The notes beneath the pieces are model-generated. The model was not told the origin of the DNA and made no database searches. It saw nothing but the letters and a program-made list of their open reading frames with translations. A stretch of DNA of 64,000 nt, from the NCBI RefSeq assembly GCF_036919615.1, contig NZ_JBALCN010000088.1, positions 60,226 to 124,225 of the forward strand, in the 5' to 3' direction. Positions 41,671-53,200 of this stretch are shown here, piece after piece (position 1 is the first letter of the stretch; each line of letters begins with the position of its first letter). The DNA is from Nostoc sp. GTDB taxonomy: Bacteria > Cyanobacteriota > Cyanobacteriia > Cyanobacteriales > Nostocaceae. The position numbers were made by a program, and so were the translations under genes.

Positions 41671-43416
41671 TTACTTTATTAGTACTTCTTTCAAAGCAGA
41701 AATCGATGGTGCAAAGAAGTAGCCGCCACCAGTAGGAATCACCCAATCTTCAGGTGCAGTCAACTCCTTATTTACAGGTTGACCTTGGTCATCCTCAAGG
41801 TGGATAAAGAACTTGCGTGTGCGATCGCCATTTGGTTTGTTATTTTCACTTTGACCAATAATTGGATCGTGACCAAGGGGTAGTTTGCCGTCAACCTTGT
41901 GATTGGTAGCAGCCGGTTCACTGAAGGTTGGATTGTTAGCCCAGAATCTGGTTACAAACTCAAACTGGTCTTCAATCGAGGTCTGATAAGCCAAAAAGTG
42001 GAGACCACGATCAACAAAGTTCGGATCTTGTAGCGGATTGTTTGGCGTCGAAGGAGACACTGGGCCATAAGGAATGCCGCGACGGAGCAAGCGGTGTGTT
42101 TGAGTGGTTACTTCACTGCGGTCAATCTCTTTGGGCCCTGGGCCTCCACCTCCTGGTGTTTTGTCGTTGCGTGGATAAGTCTTGCGCGTGTGGGCAATAA
42201 ACGGGCAGCGCAGACCTGTTGCATCGGCAGAAGGTGGAACTACGTCATTTTTAAAGAATTTTCCATCGGGTGGATCGTCACCGTTAAATTCAAAATCATT
42301 GTTGGCATTGTCATCATTACCTAAACTTGGGGCATCTTTTTCGGGCGTGCGGACAGTGGGAGCGCCACTAGGCCAGCGACCAATCAGCTTTGCGCTCACC
42401 TTTTGAGGGTCGGTGTCTAGGTTAGCAGCAGTATTGTTCAAAAATTTGTGAAACTTGTACACATCTTGACGCAATCGCCGGAATACAAGGTAAGAGCCAT
42501 CATTAGCCCAGTGTAGTCCTGCTGAAACAACCTTACCTTTGCTATCTTCCAACTTCAGAGCATCATTGTTCTGCTCCTCATAGCCAAAAACAAACTCTCC
42601 TGGCCACAGAAGATCCTGTCCTGGTTTGCCCTGGTTTGGATTCTCTGGGTTCTGCCTGGGGGTGAGAAGTTCTTTGGGATTCTCAGAAACCCTGCCACGA
42701 ATACCAGGTTGTGATACTCCATCCAGGTTGCCGAAATGCTCATGTCCAGACAGGGGTGGGGGTAAGTCGGCTCCCTCTTCAAAGAAAGTAATTCTGGCTC
42801 CGCTGCTTTTTGCGTTGCCTTTCCCGTCTGTAAATGCCACAACGCTTTCTAAGATCCGCGAAACTTCTTCCAGCAAGTCCGTGCGATCGTCGCTGGCAAT
42901 GATGAAAAGCACATCAACTTTGCCATTATTCGGTCCACCCACAACCCAGCCAATAGGCTTGCCATCCTTGTCCACCGGGTCGTTCAGATCAACAGCCCGT
43001 GCTGCTAGCCCAGCTTTAAAGGATGCATCTGTAAATGAGTCAGCATCTTTGGTTAGTTTCTTCAGTCCCTCAAAAGAGAAAGCTATATTCACCCAGGTTG
43101 CCTTAACAGTGCCTTCGCGGCCTTGTCGTTGTTTGCTGGACTTGAATAGGCGGTTGAAGGCAATCACTTCTGAGGCGGTGGCAATGAAGTTGATCTGTGA
43201 CTCAAGCCACTGCTTGAAAGCATTTGGATTTTCAATTTCAAGGAACAAGAGCGCCTGGTAGTCTTTATTGAACCCACCTAGAATATTGCCTTGAATGTTA
43301 TTGACATTGAGAATAGGCTCATCAGGCGCTGGGACGGCGGAGAATGCCTTTGTCTGTTGACCTTCTAACGGCTCAGGAGCAGGTGCTTCACGAATTATTT
43401 GTTGTGTCATAATCAA
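41671..43416 (-). CDS. Dyp-type heme peroxidase
   Basis: GHEHFGNLDGVSQP (GxxDG), proximal AHTRKTYPR, distal LLRRGIPYG, GGGYFFAPSISAL. Confidence 0.93.
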   Translation of the reverse strand: MIMTQQIIREAPAPEPLEGQQTKAFSAVPAPDEPILNVNNIQGNILGGFNKDYQALLFLEIENPNAFKQWLESQINFIATASEVIAFNRLFKSSKQRQGREGTVKATWVNIAFSFEGLKKLTKDADSFTDASFKAGLAARAVDLNDPVDKDGKPIGWVVGGPNNGKVDVLFIIASDDRTDLLEEVSRILESVVAFTDGKGNAKSSGARITFFEEGADLPPPLSGHEHFGNLDGVSQPGIRGRVSENPKELLTPRQNPENPNQGKPGQDLLWPGEFVFGYEEQNNDALKLEDSKGKVVSAGLHWANDGSYLVFRRLRQDVYKFHKFLNNTAANLDTDPQKVSAKLIGRWPSGAPTVRTPEKDAPSLGNDDNANNDFEFNGDDPPDGKFFKNDVVPPSADATGLRCPFIAHTRKTYPRNDKTPGGGGPGPKEIDRSEVTTQTHRLLRRGIPYGPVSPSTPNNPLQDPNFVDRGLHFLAYQTSIEDQFEFVTRFWANNPTFSEPAATNHKVDGKLPLGHDPIIGQSENNKPNGDRTRKFFIHLEDDQGQPVNKELTAPEDWVIPTGGGYFFAPSISALKEVLIK

Positions 43417-43778
43417 AGTCCTGTTTATAAGAAAGCCTATTGGCTATTCCAGAATGGAAAGATGAAATCAGGTATCCCTGATGGGAACCTGTATTAACTT
43501 ATCGGAGGCAGGTAAAAGAATTATGCAGCAAGTCTACCTATACTTCATGGTTAGGAAGATTGCGTTGCATAAATAAATTATACATATTTTAAATCTGGTC
43601 ACAAATGGTAGGCGCGGTATCCAGCAAGGGTTTTGTATATCTGCCCAGCCCTGTGACAAGCAAAATTAAAGAAAAATAATTTGAATTTAATAAGTAAGTT
43701 TAACAATATAGTAGTTTGTAATTGCCAGCATTCGGCTCTCAGTTGTATAAATTAAATTTTGATAAAAGCTTTAGTCTT

Positions 43779-43916
43779 AGGACTTACGCAAAAAACCTCT
43801 CAAACTCTTATTCCTCCATGTACTCTGTGTCTCTGTGGTAGCCTGCGGCAAGCCCCTTCTCTACGAGACACTACGCGAATGCGTCTACGTTCTTCCATGA
43901 CCCGTGCGTAAGTCCT
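43779..43916. mobile_element. AGGACTTACGCA-type MITE with nested SDR sequences
   Basis: TIR pair at 43779-43790 and 43905-43916; internal CTTCTCTACGAGACACTACGCGAA. Confidence 0.7.
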
Positions 43917-44136
43917 GAGTCTGTAAGAAAATCAGGGGTTATTTATCAAGTAAAAATAAAATTCCTGTAGGTTGTGTTAGACGCATATTTAAATATGATT
44001 TGTCACAAAAATCATAATTAAAGCGCCTAACACACCGCTACAAAACACAGTGCGTTAGGTTAAAGCCGTAACACACCCTAACTTTTGATTTACTTTATAA
44101 ATAGTTTCTTAGGTATTGATTTTCGCCCAAGTGATC

Positions 44137-44165
44137 GCGATGTCTACGACGGGCTACGCCAACGT
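44137..44165. repeat. HIP1 split by a 21-nt SDR5-type insert
   Basis: GCGAT-GTCTACGACGGGCTACGCCAA-CGT. Confidence 0.75.
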
Positions 44166-44200
44166 CAGCCCAATTAATCGCGTCCAAGGAAATTTGTTAC

Positions 44201-44590
44201 CTAGCCACTCACCAAAGATACAAGTACGCCATTGGGATCGCGGACACGAGCAATAGTTTGTCCCCCAGACTGGGTTTTAGGAGCATCTAATGTTTTTGCG
44301 CCTGCCCCGATTGCTCTCATATAGGCGCTGCCAACATCAGGTGTGATAAATGATATCTGAATTAATGGCGGTGGTTGTGTGGCATCGTTGGGATGGAAGC
44401 CGCCAGGAAATAACTTCTGTGCCTCGCTACTGGAGGAGAAAGCTAGTGTAGTGTTTCCGGTTTCAATTTCAGCCCAGATAGATTGCCCCTTATCCTGGAG
44501 AGTGCGACGAACTAGACCAAAGGCTTTTTCGTAAAACTCAACGGTTTTAACTACATCGTCTACCCAGATGAGCGTGTAACCAAATTTCAC
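44201..44590 (-). CDS. VOC/glyoxalase family protein
   Basis: IWVDDVVKTVEFYEKAFG...VRDPNGVLVSL. Confidence 0.9.
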   Translation of the reverse strand: MKFGYTLIWVDDVVKTVEFYEKAFGLVRRTLQDKGQSIWAEIETGNTTLAFSSSSEAQKLFPGGFHPNDATQPPPLIQISFITPDVGSAYMRAIGAGAKTLDAPKTQSGGQTIARVRDPNGVLVSLVSG

Positions 44591-44749
44591 AGTTTTTTCT
44601 CCTTCTTAGAAAAATCAGTGCTGGCGAGGATCTTTGCTACTTCACTGTATTCGATTTGAATACACAGTAGCTTAATCCAAAATGTTACGAACTGTTGCTA
44701 TTTGTGCCCCTATTTGCATTATTTCCATATCTGATGACGACCTAATAAT

Positions 44750-44915
44750 CAGGCCCTTAACAGTGATGCGCTACTAGCAATCCCCATAGTTCTCTAAATA
44801 TCAAAATTGGTACAACAAAGTTGGTGCGAATCTGCAAATTGCGGAGAAAATCTTGATGATAAAGCTGGATTGGCTTTAATTCAATATTAGCGATCGCTTT
44901 TACCCGTTCTGCCAA
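44750..44915 (-). pseudogene. GAF-domain gene fragment
   Basis: RVKAIANIELKPIQLYHQDFLRNLQIRTNFVVPILIFRELWGLLVAHHC*GP. Confidence 0.7.
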
Positions 44916-44947
44916 TCAGCTAATATGGTTAAAAACCTTCATGCTTG

Positions 44948-45070
44948 GCCATTAGTATTCAAAAAGGCAGCAATGGTTTTTACGATTTCATGTTCCATTG
45001 CTTTATCTTGTTTGTTTTACTGCAAATTTCCAGGTGCAGTAGATATCAATTTGAGTTTATCACTCTCGCC
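44948..45070 (-). pseudogene. Schlafen/AlbA_2-domain remnant, in frame immediately after the MTase stop
   Basis: *GESDKLKLISTAPGNLQ*NKQDKAMEHEIVKTIAAFLNTNG, matching the E...EFK...I.K.IAAF.N..GG pattern. Confidence 0.7.
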
Positions 45071-48000
45071 TTACTGAATTAATGCTAATTTTTCTGAGTC
45101 TGCAAACATTGGGGCAAAGATACGGTAAGCTGATAATGCTGCTTCTTTAAGGGTTGCATTAACAATCGGAAATGTCGTGAGGATGTAGCTAAATTCATCT
45201 TCGGTTAAGCCGTAAAGGTGTGCTACCATTCCATCGAGTTCGGCACGGAGTGTGGCGCGTTCCGTTTCGTCGGTAACGCCTTGTTGATGGGAACCTAGAC
45301 CAACTTCTTGCGCGAGTTCGTCAAACTCTGGTGTGGTGCAGATGAGTTTGGCGGCGCGTTGTACAATATCGTTGAAGTAGCGATCGTTTTTTGTTAGTCG
45401 TGGGATAGGTAGTTGGTAGACAATAAACATTGAAATTGATGTGGTGACTCGTTGTCGAGCCATAAAGTCAAATACAAAAGAGTTTAATAATCCACAAGTA
45501 TATAAAAGTTCCTGATAATTAATAAGACTAATATTATTCAAATTACTTAAAAATAACTTATGATTAGCAAAAACGTTTGGAGGAAGTAAAGTAGTAATCA
45601 CTGTACGAATATCAGTATTTCTAGCTATTTCTCGAAAAGCAAGTCTATATTTTTGATAATTTAATCTTTGCCCAGTATCTCCTTGTTTTTTAGATAATGC
45701 TTTCCGGGCTTCTGCTTCATCTATCCAATAGTGAGGTTTACCCCATTGATGCGTGAATTGATGAATCATTTTGCCTTCAAATAATGGTAGCCTCCCAGCA
45801 TCTTGGTTTATATAGAATAAATTGCTATCATTTGTCATGTGAAATTCGTTGCATAATACTAAGTTCCACTTATTTTCAATCTTTTCACCCAGTAAGGGAA
45901 ACTTACCCATTTTCTCAGCTATACGGATATCTACCCCATTCTTAAACTCCATCACAGATAGTGAGTCAGGCGAAAGTTGACGCACCATATCCACGCTAAT
46001 CTGCAAGCTATCCTCACTAGGAAACATTTGAAGTTCTTGTAGATCCAAACGCATAAAAGCAGATGGAAATTCTGTTGTTGTACTATCTTTTTCAAAGGTA
46101 AGGACAACAAACTTAAAACGGCTATCAACCTCTTCAAAAATTATTTTACGATTCTCAAGACAGAATAAACCAGTCACTTTAGTTTGACTAAACAACATCT
46201 CTCGCAGTTGCTTAGTTCCCAAATCAGTGTAAATCCCACTAGGAATTACAATTCCGCATTCACCGCCTGAACGCAAAAGATTAAAACATTGTTCTGTAAA
46301 CAGCTTATACAGATTAATATCTGTACCTGCTTTTTTACCATTCACTACAGAAATTTGATTTTTATACTGTTCAGATGAGCGATAATAAGCGCTGACATAA
46401 GGATATTAACTTTGATATTCTAACCAAGTACTTGCAATTATTGGATTTTGTAATAGTTTAGTCTGCTCTTTCTCAAAATCCTTGATATCCATCTTGTTCT
46501 TCGTCACAAGTTCATTATGCTGTGCAAAGAACTCTTTAGCTTGTGGCTTAAATATTTCCCAAGGTGGATTAGTGATAATTGCATCAAAACCGCCACGTTC
46601 TAAAACTTTGTCAAAATGATAACCCCAGTGAAACGGCTTCAAGGCTGCAATATCTTCAACCTTCAATACACGCTTCTGTGATTTTCCAGTTAACTGAACT
46701 TCCTCGTATTTTATGCCCAGCTTTTGACTAAACTCATCCAATAATAAAAGATTTAACTTTTTTTGTGATTCTTTATTAAGGTTGTCAATAGATTTACGTA
46801 AGTTCAACAACCTTGCATCTTGATGTGTTCCCAGTTCTCCACCAGGAAGTTTTTCATCACCAGGAATAAAAGCGTGTTTTTTATAAAGTTCAATAGATTT
46901 ATTCTTTTCTTCTAAAATAGCCTTGTAATTATCTGCTGTGAGACGCTGTAATAAATTACCTTGTTTAGTATTTCCTACAGTATCAAAAGCGGTGTCATCT
47001 ACCTTAATCAGTCCAATCAACGAATTTCCCGCCATAATATTAAAATCAATATTAGGCAATGGCTCTAATTCTTCAACATTATGAGCAGAAGAAACCAACG
47101 CTAAGAAAAGACGCAGTTTAGCAATTTCCGTTGCTTCCTCCATGATATCTATACCATAGAGGTTATCCCTAATAATGCGCTTTCTGATAAAATATTCTAT
47201 GGAAAGATGCTCAGTTTTTTCAGTTTTTAACCAGTCCTTTAATTTTTGATCTCCCTGTAATTCAATTGTCCCAATAACAGCAGCATATATAAAAATCAAC
47301 GTTTTCATCGCTGCCACAAGAAAAGCACCCGAACCGCAAGCTGGGTCAAGAATTGATAAATTAGGAAGAATATCTTCCATTAGTAGACGACAAACGTTTG
47401 TATCTAGTTTGATGAGAAGTTCGTTGATATCCTCAAATGGCTTATACTTATCAGATAGCGCATCATTTACGCGGTCTACAATTAACTTGTGGATAGTTCT
47501 GTCACAGAGATATTCTGTAATCTGTGGTCTTGTATAATAGGCTCCAAAAGCTTTTTGATTAATGTATTTTTCAAAAATATAACCCAAAACATCAGGGTTA
47601 ATTTCATCATCTTTACCTTCCGGCGTATCATCAAGATTCCAAGAATAACGCCCAAATAAATCTAGAACTTGCTCAAACGCCTCGTCAACTATAGAAATCT
47701 CATATTTATCTTCAATGTGATGCTTGAGAAATAGTCCACCATTCAAGTATTTAACTTTTCCTACCAATTCTTGTACTGATGAATCGCGTTCAAACTCAGG
47801 TTTTGCAAAGCTTTCAAAAAATAAAGCCTTGAGAAACTCATCATAAAAATGATTTTCAGCTTTTTGTTTGCTTTGTTCTAGCTTATTTTGAAGATAATTT
47901 AAATCTTTGTTATCAATAAAATCCTTACGCTGGAGAAAATAAACAAACATCAGGCGATTGAGAATTACCGATGTGTACCAACGTCTATCTGTCTCATTAT

Positions 48001-48562
48001 CAATTCCTTTAACAAACAGTAAAAACTTCTGGTGTTGCTCTTGAAATTCCTTGTAAAACTTTTTAGTTACTGGCTCAACATCAAACCCGTGTTTTAGTTT
48101 ATAGGCAATTTCGACAACAGTCGGTTCCCCATGTTCTAATTCAGTAATATCAATAACTAAAGAACCAAGCTTACTTAAAAATAAGTCTCCTGGTTGACCT
48201 TTCACATATAAATGGTCACGGACGTAGCTTTTACTTCCTTCTCGTTTAACCCAATACCAAAGACTACGTGTGCGTTCTTGGGTAATAAAAATTAGGAGAT
48301 TTTCATTTATTAATTTAGTAATTTCTTGATGAATAGCAACTCTAACTTTAGCCTCTGGTATTTTCCCATCTGTTGCGGTGATTTCAAAGATTGCAACTCC
48401 GGAAAGTTCAGTAATTCTCTGGTATTGATACGTTTTATTCTCAATCTTTAAAGTTACAGGTTTTTGTCTTGTAGGTTTAGACCAACCTAATTCTTCTATA
48501 AATAAATCACTGAATTGGAAATTAGAGAGTAAATCGCGTGTTCGTTGAAAATTAAGTGGCAT
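45071..48562 (-). pseudogene. Eco57I-like / type IIG-class N6-adenine DNA methyltransferase-specificity gene interrupted by one in-frame TAA (46406-46408)
   Basis: GAYYTRP, ILDPACGSGAFL, LYGID and ITNPPW lie in ORF 46406-48562. The same frame continues *YPYVSAYYRSSEQYKNQISV into ORF 45071-46345 (NLYKLF, LPLFEGK, TRD-like). Confidence 0.88.
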
Positions 48563-48587
48563 AATTTACCATACTTAAAGAGTAAAA

Positions 48588-48703
48588 AAAAGCATGGTAA
48601 ACTTGCCACTCAGAAAATAAATCTGTGGCTCTAAAAATTAAGTCCGTCAGCGCAGACTTTAAGAAACCCTATTTATACGAGTTAAATTTTTAACCATGCT
48701 TTT
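48588..48703. repeat. inverted repeat pair enclosing a REP-like hairpin just upstream of the MTase
   Basis: AAAAGCATGGT (48588) ... ACCATGCTTTT (48703). Confidence 0.5.
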
Positions 48704-48837
48704 GATCCTTTATAAATCCTTTATCTTTCTTTGTGCTTGGGAGATTATACCGAAAATTTTTTGAGTTATTTGAGCGTCGGCTTTGTTTGTGCAACCGTGA
48801 TTTTTAATTGTCAGGTATATTTGCTGATTACTTTATC

Positions 48838-49149
48838 AAAATACCTAATTGCTTTATAAAAATGCCTGTTTACTTTCTCAAAATACTGAAATGCTTTCTC
48901 AAAATGACCTTTGACTTACTCAAAATGCCATTTGACTTACTCATTCTGGTGTTTTCCGCAAGCAAAATGACGTTTGACTTATTCAAACTCCAGTTTGCTT
49001 ACTCATTTTGGTGTTTTCCGCAAGCAAAATGACGTTTGACTTATTTAAACTCCAGTTTGCTTATTCATTTTGGTGTTTTCCGCAAGCAAAATGACGTTTG
49101 ACTTATTCAAACCCCAGTTTACTTACTAATTTCGGTGTTTTCCGCAAGC
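48838..49149. repeat. 21-nt tandem units grading into three 62-bp higher-order repeats
   Basis: Units such as AAAATGACCTTTGACTTACTC; 21+20+21-nt triplets at 48964-49149 sharing ATTTTGGTGTTTTCCGCAAGC. Confidence 0.88.
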
Positions 49150-49404
49150 GAAGGTCATTCGCGGTTCAGTTAAAACTAAAAACCTTAACCTGCGTAAATT
49201 GGATTGAGAGACGAAACCCAACATTTTGTGGAGTTTGTTGAGTTTTGCAAAACCTCAACCCGACCTACGAATATGCTTAACTAATTTAATGTTCAGTATG
49301 CGTTATCCATAACCCTTGTAAAAACTTAGCAGCGCTATGTCTCTAGATTCATTTTTGGAGATGTCTATTGTAGGATGCGTTACGCTACGCGATAACACAC
49401 CTTA

Positions 49405-49965
49405 CTATTTAACCTTTAACCAACTAAATATATCTGCTGGCGTAATTTGCCAATCTGCTAATACATTAAGAACAGTCAATTTATCATTATTATATTTTAC
49501 TTCTGGCAATTTATTAGGTTGAAATACCATCACTGATTTATCATTAGAGTCAATAAACCAGCCTAATTTTGTACCATGATTAATACAAAAAATAATTTTA
49601 TCAATTACACGGTTAGGAAATTGATCAGGTGATAGAATTTCAATTATCCAATCTGGAGAGATTTCAAATTTATTGACAATTTCCCCATTTTCATCAACAA
49701 GAAGCCGTGACCACTCAAATACAGCAATATCTGGAACTAAAGAACGTCCCCCAAATGTGCAGCGTAATTCAGTTAATGCTAAAGCTTTTTGCTCAGATTC
49801 ACTTACCTGATTAATCTCGGTTGATAAACGAGTTTGGATTCTGCTATGTTTTCCCTGCGGCATTGGTTTTTGGTAGATTTTTTCATTAATATATTCACTA
49901 GCTGGTTTAGTTTCTGGTAATTGCAGAAACTCTGTTAAAGAAAGATTAGATGATAATACAACCAT
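49405..49965 (-). CDS. Uma2 family endonuclease
   Basis: FLQLPETKPASEY, PMPQGKHS, PDIAV, PDWIIEILSP. Confidence 0.92.
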   Translation of the reverse strand: MVVLSSNLSLTEFLQLPETKPASEYINEKIYQKPMPQGKHSRIQTRLSTEINQVSESEQKALALTELRCTFGGRSLVPDIAVFEWSRLLVDENGEIVNKFEISPDWIIEILSPDQFPNRVIDKIIFCINHGTKLGWFIDSNDKSVMVFQPNKLPEVKYNNDKLTVLNVLADWQITPADIFSWLKVK

Positions 49966-50024
49966 AAAAATTACTCCTAAAACAATTCCATTATATCTTG
50001 AAAGCAAATAGGCATAATTAAATA

Positions 50025-50173
50025 TATAGCGGTTCTAAGTTGAGTCTAATACAGACTTAACCCCCAGCCCCTTCCCTACAAGGGAAGGGGAGTAAGATTC
50101 AAACCTTTCTGCTTTTAGGAGAGAGGTTTGGAGAAAGGTTAGAGTGTATTGCATACAAACGAAAGACGCTATA
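50025..50173. mobile_element. TATAGCG-type MITE between the helicase and Uma2 genes
   Basis: TATAGCG ... CGCTATA ends; internal CCCCTTCCCTACAAGGGAAGGGG hairpin. Confidence 0.6.
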
Positions 50174-50259
50174 CAATCTTAATTCGTAGTAAGTGATTCA
50201 TCGCTAAAAACAAAGATTATCAGGACTAAAGTCCTTACTACAAACTTTAAAAGATACTT

Positions 50260-53200
50260 TTACGAACCTTGAAATAATCCTAAAGAACAAATAATTTGAG
50301 GTTCTCGCTTCTCCAGTTCTTCTGTGACAATACACAAACGGTCATCCATCCGTAGCGCCACTACTAATTCAGCCAACTGCTGATTATTAATGCCGCTTCT
50401 CAGTTGGCGGTTCAGAGTATCAATGGCTGACTGTTGCAAAGGATAACGGTAAATCTCATCAATTGCTTTTAAAAGTTCTTCACTGACAAACAGTGTTCCC
50501 TTCATCTGTTGAACATAACTCTTCAGTCGTTCATAGGTGCGGAATCTTGCACCTGATGGTCGCCCCAATTGACCGCCGGCATTTTTCTCTTCTTCAGCAA
50601 TCAATTCGGCACCCTTTTTTACTAACTCGTGATGCTGTTTGTCTCTAGATATTGCTGGGGTAGATTCTTCACACGCCGCCACCCGAAGAACTGCTAATTG
50701 TGATTGAGTAACGCTATTTCCATCGCGGTCAACATAAATTAAAGAATCATTTCCCTCAGTGGTTTTCATATAAAGCAATACCCCCTCCGGTTGCACAGGT
50801 TGCGGAGTATGGGTGCGGGTAGAATAAACCACATTTTGCATTTCTTCAATCGTTTTTTTCAAGCCCGGATTACCATCAGTGGCTTTTTTCCAAATTTGAA
50901 ATGCTTCTGAGGTCAAGTCAACTTCTGTATCTTCTTCACCATCTAAAACTCCAGATTTTTCGTTGTAGAGGTCGAGAATTACTCGTGCATCATCATCTTC
51001 AAAAAATGCTTCATCAGTTCCTACCACTTCAGCATTTTCTTGCAGTCGTTTGCGGAGTCGTCCCCGTAAATTAATAATCCGTTCTACTCCCTCGGCTGGT
51101 AAAAAAGAATAACAGAGAATTTGGTCAGCATTTTGTCCAATACGGTCTACTCGTCCGGCGCGTTGAATTAAGCGAATAATTGCCCAAGGTAAATCCCAAT
51201 TGACGATAATTGCACAGTCTTGCAAATTATGACCTTCACTCAAAACATCGGTAGCTATTAAAACCCGCAACTCATTTGATGATGAAATTTGCTCCCGTTT
51301 TCCATTACTTACAGGGCTAAATCTTCCTGTCATTACTGTAGGGTCTTTAGATTGACCTGTCACCCCTGCCACATTAGTAATATGACTCGACTGCAAATTG
51401 TCTGCAAGGTAGCGGACTGTATCGGCAAACTGGGTGAAAATTAGTACTTTATCCTGGGGGTGAGTTATTGTTAACAGTTTAATTAAAGCAGCAAGTTTTT
51501 CATCCTTTTGAGGATTCCACTCGCCACACTGTTGCAGGACATTAATCAGTGCTTTGACATCTTCTAATAAATCCCGTTTCAGTTTTTTAATATCAAAAAG
51601 TGTAGAACGCAACCACTTAAATCGTCGTTGATATCGAGTTATATATTCTTGGTAAATTGACTCTGCTCTTTGACGAAAAACTTTTTCTGTTTTAGATACC
51701 TTCTCTTCTGCATTATAAAAATGAGTTACTTCTTCTCTTTCTACTTGCAGCGAAGTAGTAGAATCATCTTCTTCAATTTCTGTATCAAACAAGGCTGCTG
51801 CTACAGAATCGGCATCTTCATCATTATTGCTTGTATCTAATAACTCAGCATCCTGAGTTCCAATCGGAATATCAAGCCCTTGCTCTAGAGCATATAAATA
51901 AATGAAGTTCCGTAAAATGTGACGTTCAATTGATTGAATGAAAACAACGCCACTACTTTCTAAACGTTTAAACAAATTAGTGCGAGAAAAACCCATTAAC
52001 CTCCTACCACCACGAAATAAACTATTAATAAAGCGTTGTTCAGTATCTGTGGGCGGCTGTATGGATTTAGCAATAACATAATTTCCTAGCCCATAACGAG
52101 GTAAATTCAGTTGATTGATTATTTCTACTACCGATTCAGAGTAAAGACGAGAATAAAAGTCAGTGTCCGTACCTTCTAGAGGAAACTTGAGACTCCGAGG
52201 TATACGCTGGGGAAAATAAGAATGTCTGCCATCAGAAAATTCTAAATATTTACGCCCTGTTTCATCTGTGTAGGCATAATTATCTTTAATAAAAGAGCGA
52301 GTGCGTCGCACCATGTAGCGCTTCATCAATTCTCGCCAGTCATCAGGATGTTCGCTTTTCTCAAAGGCAGCTAAAGAACGTACAGAACATTGATGCTTTC
52401 TAATAAACTCTAATTCTCCTACCGAACTGCCACCAAGTTCATTAATTAAAGCTTCTGGTCTTAATCCCAAATCTTCGTCTTCTGGCACAAATAGCCGCAG
52501 TTGGGCAGAAAGGTCAAGATAACTCTTATTATAAGGAGTAGCTGATAATAAAATACATTTACTTTCGTTAGCTGCAATATATTCTGTAATTGCTCGATAA
52601 CGTTTACCTTCGCGGTTACGTAAGTTATGACTTTCATCAATTAACACAACTCGGTAACGGCGGAGTTTTGGTAATTTATTTTGTACTTGACTAATTGGCA
52701 TAACTTCGGCAAGTAACCGATAGTTATTTACATATTCTTGCCACATTTGCACCAAGTTTTTTGGGCAAATAATCAGTGTTTCTAAAAAACAATCTTCTTG
52801 TAATATCTTGGCAAGGGCGGTTCCAACTAAAGTTTTGCCCAAACCAACCACATCGCCCACTAACACGCCGCCACGCCTAGTTACATGACGTGCTGCTAGT
52901 TGCACAGCGGCTTTTTGAAAGTCAAATAAGTTATTAAATTCGCGCGGGATACGAAATTCTGAAAGTCCGGCGATCGCTTCATGGGATAAGTGGTAAGCTA
53001 TCTTTAAATAGATGTAGTAAGGTGAGATTAACTCTTGCCTCGCCCAACTCTGATCAATAATTTCTGCTAGTTCTTGGGAAATATCTACACAACCGTAATC
53101 TTGCCAGCGATCGCTAAACCACTTTTGCAGCTTATTGCAAGCATCGTGATCTAAAATATCAACATTTAACTCCCCTTGTTTCGCCAGTCCTGGAAGGGTT

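Noticed and set aside
48808-49032. 74-aa ORF (MSGIFADYF...) as a gene
   Set aside because: It is a by-product of the 21-nt repeats; the frame is broken by the 20-nt units.
48964-49149. 62-bp repeats as a CRISPR array
   Set aside because: The intervening segments are near-identical rather than unique spacers, and the block derives from 21-nt tandem units.
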